Below are positions 57,005 through 64,000 of a DNA stretch of 64,000 nucleotides, in pieces. Below the pieces are notes generated by a model. The model was not told the origin of the DNA. It did no database searches and worked only from the letters and a program-made list of their open reading frames with translations. Within the stretch, counting starts at the first letter, position 1. Every line of letters begins with the position of its first letter. The position numbers and the translations under genes are program-made. The DNA comes from the human T2T-CHM13v2.0 reference genome, Homo sapiens. Where the stretch lies: the NCBI RefSeq assembly GCF_009914755.1, contig NC_060936.1; one strand, given 5' to 3'.

Positions 57005-59146
57005 GTAATGCCCCCTGTGCCACATGCGAAGACCCCTGCCCCGGGCCAATGTGACCCTCATGAGCTGACCCTGTGCAAGTCCCCCTGCTTCAGGAATCAG
57101 CATGCAGCTGCTCAGTCCAATAACTCCCTGAGGGGCCAGTCTTGACCAACACATTTCCTGCCTTTCCTCTCTCCTCTTTGTCCCTGGGGGCTGTTTCCAA
57201 ATCATTCTGGTCTTTTCCCCTGACTCAGTCCCAGTGAAATGTCTCAGCCCAGCCCTGACCTGCACTGTCTCCTTTGGGTGTCTGACCAAGGCCCCGAGAG
57301 AGAGTAGGGCAGAAAGTGTCTTCTGACAGGGGTGCTTCAGAACTGGTATGACCTTCACAGATTATTCTAGAGCAACTCTCTTTTGTTCAGGTGAGGAATT
57401 AGAGACCAGAGAAGTTTAGGGACTTGGTTGAGCTCACACTGCAAAGGTCACTGGGAGAGCTGGGACTTGAATTTTAGGTCCCTGACTCCTAGGAGAGGAC
57501 ACAGAGCCAACTTGGGAAGCAAAGAAGCAGAGGGGGAAAATGGTCATTGTGAGCCATGCGAGGGCCGCAGAGGCTGAGGGTGGGTCTGGTCATGGCAGGA
57601 GCCAGAAGGAGGCTCAGGAAGGCTGGGACTGGGGCTTTTGAGGACAGGTCTTTTTGCACTCTTTTCTCATTGAATAGAAACAAAAGCCTGAAGCTCAGGC
57701 TGGGCCCCACCCTGGCACACCTGAGGGGCACTGGGGCAGTGAGTGAGTTCTGTCCCCTGCCTGTGGCTGTGTGACTAAGCAGGAGTCACACATTGGCTCT
57801 GACTGGAGGAGAGCAAACAAGGTCTCTGTGGAGTGCCCCCCCCCAACACTCCCACTTCCCTAGGGCAAAAGTCAACAGGATTAGTCCCATAGCAGGTGGA
57901 ACCAGACAGGTGCAGAGTAGGGAAGGTGTGGGGCCATCATTCAGCCCCTGTTGTCAGGACTAACGTGTGTGCATGCGTGTGTGCATACCTGGTGCCCACC
58001 CCCATACTCCCCCCACCCCAAACCCTCAGAGCACCTTCCTGTGGAGCCAGTCTGAGATCCAGGCTGGGACTGAAAGAGGAACTGGAAGGGAGTCCAGGGA
58101 AGGAGTACAGGGAGGGTCCCTGTGTGCAGCTGCTCAGGGAGTTCCGATCTGTGCACCCTCTTGACCTGGCTGTGCACTGCCAAGGCAGGGGTGGACGGAA
58201 AGCCTTGCAGATATTTTCCAGCTTCTACAGAACTTGAGGGAGTGCAACTTTGAGGGTATGGGCACCTCCAACCCTGAGTCTGGGCTCCTGAAGGGGCTTG
58301 GCCTACCTGGATGTCCTGCCTTCCACCCCAGGTTGTCCCTACTGCTTCCAGCAGCTCTTGGAACTCTTGTTTCCAACACCTTTTTTTGAGTCTCAACATA
58401 AACATTAGATTAAGCCATTGTGGTCTCTTCCTCTGTGCCTTGTTTGCCCAGGTCCTCCTAAGGGCCAGGAGTGGCTCCTTGGGAGGAAGAGTGATGGGAG
58501 CTATGGGAGGAAGGATGGGGGCTGGATCATCAGGCGGGACCTGGTTCTTTCAGGACTTTGTGTATCCCTCATCCTGATTCTACAGGGTTCCTCCCCTTCA
58601 GACTCCTTCTTTGCCCCTGAGGGGTGGGATTAGGTAGTGATTAGGGCATGGCTGGAGTCAGCTGCCAAGGTTCAAGTCTGGGCTGTGCCACTTAGCAGCT
58701 TAGTGACCTGGGCAGATTATGCTGCCTCTCTGTGTCTCTGTTCCCTTCTCTGATAACCACAGTACCATCGTTATAGGTTTGCTGTGAGGATGAAATGAGC
58801 TCATGCATAAGAAGCACATAATGGTGCACACCCCATAGAACACAGTCTCATGCATATGGCTGTTATTATTTGCTTTTTTTCTCCCAGGACATGCAGCTTT
58901 TGTGCTGTCATTCACATGTTTCCTATGTGCCCCACCAACAACCCCCCATGCCAAGACTCAAAGCCCTAGGAATGGCCGCGTGGAAGTCAGGGAAATTTGG
59001 TTTTGTAGCTGACACCTGTTTTTTCAGGTGTGTCTTTAAAGAGTAGGGGAAGGGAGGCAGGGCAGATTTCACAGCTGCATATGGCGGAGGGGGGATGGGA
59101 GCATGGAGGCAAAGCTGCATCAACACCAGGCCCTCCTCTACTGTAG

Positions 59147-59207
59147 GTACGAAGATGAAATTAACCGCCGCACAGCTGCTGAGAATGAGTTTGTGGTGCT
59201 GAAGAAG
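59147..59207 (+). CDS. KRT7: KRT7 coding exon 3 (61 nt)
   Basis: Acceptor ctgtAG|G; YEDEINRRTAAENEFVVLKK; donor AAG|GTGAGT. Confidence 0.98.
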
Positions 59208-59360
59208 GTGAGTGGGAAAGACAGGCTCGAGGAGGGTTGTCTGAAAACATATGGGACAAAGGACCACAGGATCCTCTCACCTGAGCAGCCCATGGGGACC
59301 TCTGGCCAAGGCCTGCCTGAGCTGTCCAAGAGGAAGTCTGCACAGCCTGTCCTGTGGGTG

Positions 59361-59366
<6 letters not shown>

Positions 59367-59408
<42 letters not shown>
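59367..59408 (+). repeat. (TG)21 microsatellite in KRT7 intron 3
   Basis: Direct count. Confidence 0.95.
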
Positions 59409-59409
<1 letters not shown>

Positions 59410-60325
59410 TGACTGATTAGACTCATTTCTAGGCCTCTAGGGGTTAGAACTAAGAGCAAAGGATGGAGGTTATAGAGGGAGATTTCAACACTGAATAAGG
59501 AGTGCTCTATTCAAGCCAGAACATTTTCATCACAAAGGTGTTGCTTGGCTGGCCTGAAATGTTTGCTGAATGAATGCAATGAGCTGCCTCGAGCCAGCAT
59601 GAGCTCTCTGTTCCTGCAGATGTGCAAGCTTGGAACGCCTTAGAAGTATCTTAGGGGTCTTGTCTACATGCCCTTTAAGATTCTCTTCAATACACTGAGC
59701 AGTTGGTGTTCCAGGCCAAACCACAGAATTGCAACTTGCCCCTGGGAGCTGGGCCCTTGGAGATTCAGGAATGAGTAAAAGTGAGGCCTGTCCGTAGGAG
59801 TTTAAGCTTGAGAAAGTGCAGCTGGAAGAGGCTCAGACACCATCTTCACCTGGGGTGTTATCTGAGGCCCACCTGCATCATAGTTACCATGCTGCAAATT
59901 AAAAACATAGCTTGGAGATTTTCCATCTCTGGGAGCGGGGCTGGGAATCTGAATGACTTTGTGTTCTGCTACTGACTGACGAAAAGTTGAGCTCCCAGAG
60001 TTGAAGTGATTTGTTCCAGGTCACACGGTTAGTAGGTGGAGCTAGTGGTGTTGAAACCATCTAGGTCTTTAGGAACTGGTCAAGTGCTAGGTTGGGGCTT
60101 CAGTTGCTCTGGGATACCAGTGCTGATGCCCACCATGCAGTCTGGAGGGTCAGCAGGGCAAGCTTCATGCTGTGACCATGTACAGCAGCTGTAGAAACTG
60201 TTTCTGGGTAGGGCAGTAGTATTTGGCCTGTGGGTTGGACAGGGCAGGCCTGCTTCCACCCCTACTAAATGTTCCCTGTACTGAGGACATGGTCTCCCTC
60301 TGCCCCATCTTGCCCCAACCCCCAG

Positions 60326-60421
60326 GATGTGGATGCTGCCTACATGAGCAAGGTGGAGCTGGAGGCCAAGGTGGATGCCCTGAATGATGAGATCAACTTC
60401 CTCAGGACCCTCAATGAGACG
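60326..60421 (+). CDS. KRT7: KRT7 coding exon 4 (96 nt)
   Basis: Acceptor ccccAG|GAT; [32 protein letters not shown]; donor ACG|GTGAGG. Confidence 0.98.
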
Positions 60422-60524
60422 GTGAGGACCATGGGGCTGGGTGACATGTCTTATCCTACCCATTCTAACCAGGGAGCCATCTGGTCCAGCCCCCCGCCTC
60501 TGTGTCAGTCCAGATATGTGTCAG

Positions 60525-61111
60525 TGTGAGAAACAAACTCATCCGTCCAAACCCAAAGAATGGACTCAGAGACCTGGAGAACAGCGAAAGTGAGATTTTA
60601 ATGACAGTCTTGCAAGATGGGTGTCTGATGGGCAGGCATGCCCAGCACAGCCACAACAAGCAATTTATCCTCTAGTGCACAGGTCCCTCCCTCCGTTCCT
60701 CACAGGCTGAGTACTATGGGGTCACGATCTTCCTGGACGTTGTCTATTGGTTGTTGGGTTGGGGCTTTAGGTGTTTTTTTTTAGGTTGTCTTGCTGCATT
60801 TTATTGCAGCCTACAATGCATTGCAATCCTAGTCAGCTCAAGGGCTCTTTAAGTATTTGACTTATGACCTAAGTAGCTGGGCAGGCTGATAAGAACAGAA
60901 AAAGTGAGCCATTTTGCAGGCTAGAAAACCTTCATTTTAGACTAAACTTCTTTGGTTCAGGTGAGGGCAAGAGAAGCTGGGGGCTGACAAGCAGGCACTG
61001 GCTATTCAAGCAAAGGGCTAGTATATCCTATTTCTTCTGTAGTTTGCTGACCTAAGCCAATTTAAAGCACTTTGTCTTGGAAATGGACCATTATATACAT
61101 TATTTCCTTCA
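60525..61111 (-). mobile_element. Solo LTR (ERV1-class inferred) in KRT7 intron 4
   Basis: TG...CA termini, 4-bp TSD TCAG (60521-60524, 61112-61115); minus-strand CCAAT, GATAAAT and ATTAAA in LTR order; family not assigned. Confidence 0.75.
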
Positions 61112-61808
61112 TCAGGGGTTGCGAGGATTTATCCTGCCCTTTATCCCTTCTGGACTCAGGAATTCAGGACAGGCTAAGGATTCGGGAGGAGGTGGGGGTG
61201 AGTCAATCAGGATTGACCTTGGAGAGACATGGGATGATCGCAGCATTTCTAAGGAAGGGGGATTGGGTGGGACTGGAAGGAACCAGGAGGAGGTCAGGGG
61301 ACTCCAGGTTGTGACAGGGTTCAAAGGTGGGCTAGGTAGGGCCAGCAGGGGAGCCCAAGTCAGGAGAGACTGGATTGCCTGAGCATTTACTCCCAGAGGG
61401 GCTGGGTGGGTAGCTGCCTGCCAACTCACCACTCTAATGTCCTCCCTTCCCTTCTTATTCTCTCCCTCTCACCCTTGTCCTCCGGGGTTTCCAGCTCTTT
61501 TTCTTCAAGGGGATTTAAAAATCTCTCCACTCTCATCAGTGTGAGTCTCTGGCCTTAGGCAGAAGGTAGGGTGGCCAGTCACCTGGCAGAGGCTAGGCTG
61601 GGCATAATTAGCTTGTGAGGTTAATTACAAACCAGTTCTTCAGCCTAGTCTTTGCCTGAACGTCCAGTCTCCACCAGCCCCTCAGAGCAAATGTCCACAG
61701 ATTCATTAATTTCAGGGGAAGTTTCTTTGAGGCTTGCTTCAGGCACTTCTAATCTCAGGTCTTCCTGGGTCTATCACATGGTTTATTTATGTGTAAACAC
61801 ACATGTGT

Positions 61809-61839
<31 letters not shown>

Positions 61840-61939
61840 AAGTTTTCTTTTCATGGTGAAAGTTTAGTTTATTTATGTGTAAACACACCTGTGTGTATAT
61901 ATATAAAGTTGTTTTCATGGTGAAAGTAATACATACTCA

Positions 61940-62306
<367 letters not shown>

Positions 62307-62415
62307 TTATACCCAATGCTACCATCTTTGTGTCTACCTTTCCAGACTTTTCTGTGCTTACATATACATAAAGATATAGAAATATACATTTTCAATAAAA
62401 ATAGCATCATGCTTT

Positions 62416-62660
62416 ATTTTAATTTTTATTATTATACTTTAAGTTCTAGGGTACATGTGCACAACGTGCAGGTTTGATACATAGGCATACATGTGCCATG
62501 TTGGTGTGCTGCACCCATCAACTTGTCATTTACATTAGGTATTTCTCCTAATGCTATCACTCCCCCCTCCCCCCACGCCCCCGACAGGCCCCGGTGTGTG
62601 ATGTTCCCCGCCCTGTGCCCAAGTGATGTCATTGTTCAATTCCCACCTATGAGTGAGAAC
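62416..62660 (-). mobile_element. 5'-truncated L1PA 3' end
   Basis: tattatactttaagttctagggtacatgtgcacaacgtgcagg is the classic L1PA 3' terminus; TSD gcatcatgcttt at 62404-62415 and 62661-62672. Confidence 0.93.
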
Positions 62661-63115
62661 GCATCATGCTTTTTTTAATGCAACAGTATACCATGGGCAT
62701 ATTCCCCACAGGTAGTTGGAGCCATATCATCGGTGTACAGACTGCAGAGTATTCTGTAGCATGGTGGAATATGATAATTTCATCCATTCCCCATGGCCTC
62801 CCTCACAATAGAGCTTGTGCACCTACAGAACCTCACAGTGAGAAGTCACCACAGCGCACCACACTGTCCCTTTCCTTATCCCCTTTAACCCTGCCAGATT
62901 CTCGTTTGAGACACTGCTAATGGGCCCTCAGGGAGCCAAGGGTGGGCAGAATGAAGTAACTTAATGTGTGCTGGGTCTGGGCCCCCTTGCTGCCTGGTGA
63001 CTCAGCCCACTCCCAGCTGTTCTCTCTTTTCTTTCCTTTGTGAGTGGGGAATCCCAGGGTGGGCGTGGGCATAGGATCCTGCCCTAAGTCCTGATGTCCC
63101 GTCTGGTCCCTACAG

Positions 63116-63280
63116 GAGTTGACAGAGCTGCAGTCCCAGATCTCCGACACATCTGTGGTGCTGTCCATGGACAACAGTCGCTCCCTGGACCTGGACGGCA
63201 TCATCGCTGAGGTCAAGGCACAGTATGAGGAGATGGCCAAATGCAGCCGGGCTGAGGCTGAAGCCTGGTACCAGACCAAG
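63116..63280 (+). CDS. KRT7: KRT7 coding exon 5 (165 nt); later exons lie beyond the right edge
   Basis: Acceptor ccctacAG|GAG; [55 protein letters not shown]; donor AAG|GTGTGA. Confidence 0.98.
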
Positions 63281-63593
63281 GTGTGAGGCCACCAGGGGCG
63301 TACTTCCTCCTGCCAGGGTCCTTGGTGGCAGCTTCCCTTACTCCTCAACTTGTCTCAAGCCTTCAGGGCCTGGGTCCCACTGTTCTGGCAGGCACCAGTG
63401 GTTTAAGTCTGTGGTGCTCTGCCCTGGAGAAAATCCCAAGATGGGAGGACAGGGCAGAGGAAATAGATATGGATTAATCATTATAATAGCTAAAATATGG
63501 CAAGTACTTACACAGTACTAGGCTCATGTAATTATTGACTCATGTAATCCACAGAACAGCCCTATTAGATAGGCATCATTATTACCCCCATTT

Positions 63594-63916
63594 TGTTTTA
63601 TTTAATTTAATTTATTTTATTTCTATTTTTTGAGATGGAGTCTTGCTCTGTCACCCAGGCTGAAGTGCAGTGGTGCGATCTTGGCTCACTGCAACCTTTG
63701 CCTCCCTGGTTCATGTGATCCTCGTGCCTCAGCCTCCTGAGTAGCTGGGACTACAGGTGTGCACCACCATGCCTGGCTAATTTTTTTTGTATTTTGAGTA
63801 GAGACGAGGTTTCACCATGCTGGCCAGGCTGGTCTCAACCTCCTGACCTCAGGTGATCCACCTGCCTCGGCCTCCCAAAGTGCTGGGATTATAGGCGTGA
63901 GACACCGCACCCAGCC
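63594..63916 (-). mobile_element. AluS in KRT7 intron 5, inserted into a MIR
   Basis: TSD tattacccccattt at 63580-63593 and 63917-63930; MIR core (gatgaggaaattgaggcacagagaggttaagt) resumes afterwards. Confidence 0.94.
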
Positions 63917-64000
63917 TATTACCCCCATTTAAAGATGAGGAAATTGAGGCACAGAGAGGTTAAGTAATTTGCCTAACTGCATACAGCTAGTAGATGGAAG

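Noticed and set aside
56343-57023. 226-aa minus-strand ORF
   Set aside because: Antisense shadow of KRT7 exon 2 plus intron.

Overview
Human (primate) genomic DNA, recognisable from the encoded proteins as one end of the type II keratin cluster (12q13.13). KRT80 coding exons 1-4 lie on the minus strand (ATG at 13482, gene runs off the left edge). KRT7 coding exons 1-5 lie on the plus strand (ATG at 54933, gene runs off the right edge). The two genes are head-to-head, about 41 kb apart. The intergenic region holds a disabled, intron-donor-retaining fragment of METTL7A/TMT1A exon 1 (50706-51175, minus), candidate lncRNA exons, and many Alu, MIR, L2, L1 and LTR relics and microsatellites. Structure not explained by standard annotation: (i) four local 140-260 bp duplications of similar identity (about 89-92%) around the KRT80 5' end, one a gap-free 168-bp inverted repeat, three spaced about 0.7 kb; (ii) KRT80 intron 3 is a stop-free in-frame 294-nt intron; (iii) an Alu whose central linker became a duplicated GAA/GGA tract with (GAA)24; (iv) an antisense solo LTR and an inverted Alu pair around KRT7 exons 4-5. 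No prokaryotic systems, CRISPR arrays or tRNA/rRNA genes were seen. I cannot establish a new biological system from sequence alone; the duplication set is the best candidate. Repeat subfamily names and percent identities come from manual reading, not software.
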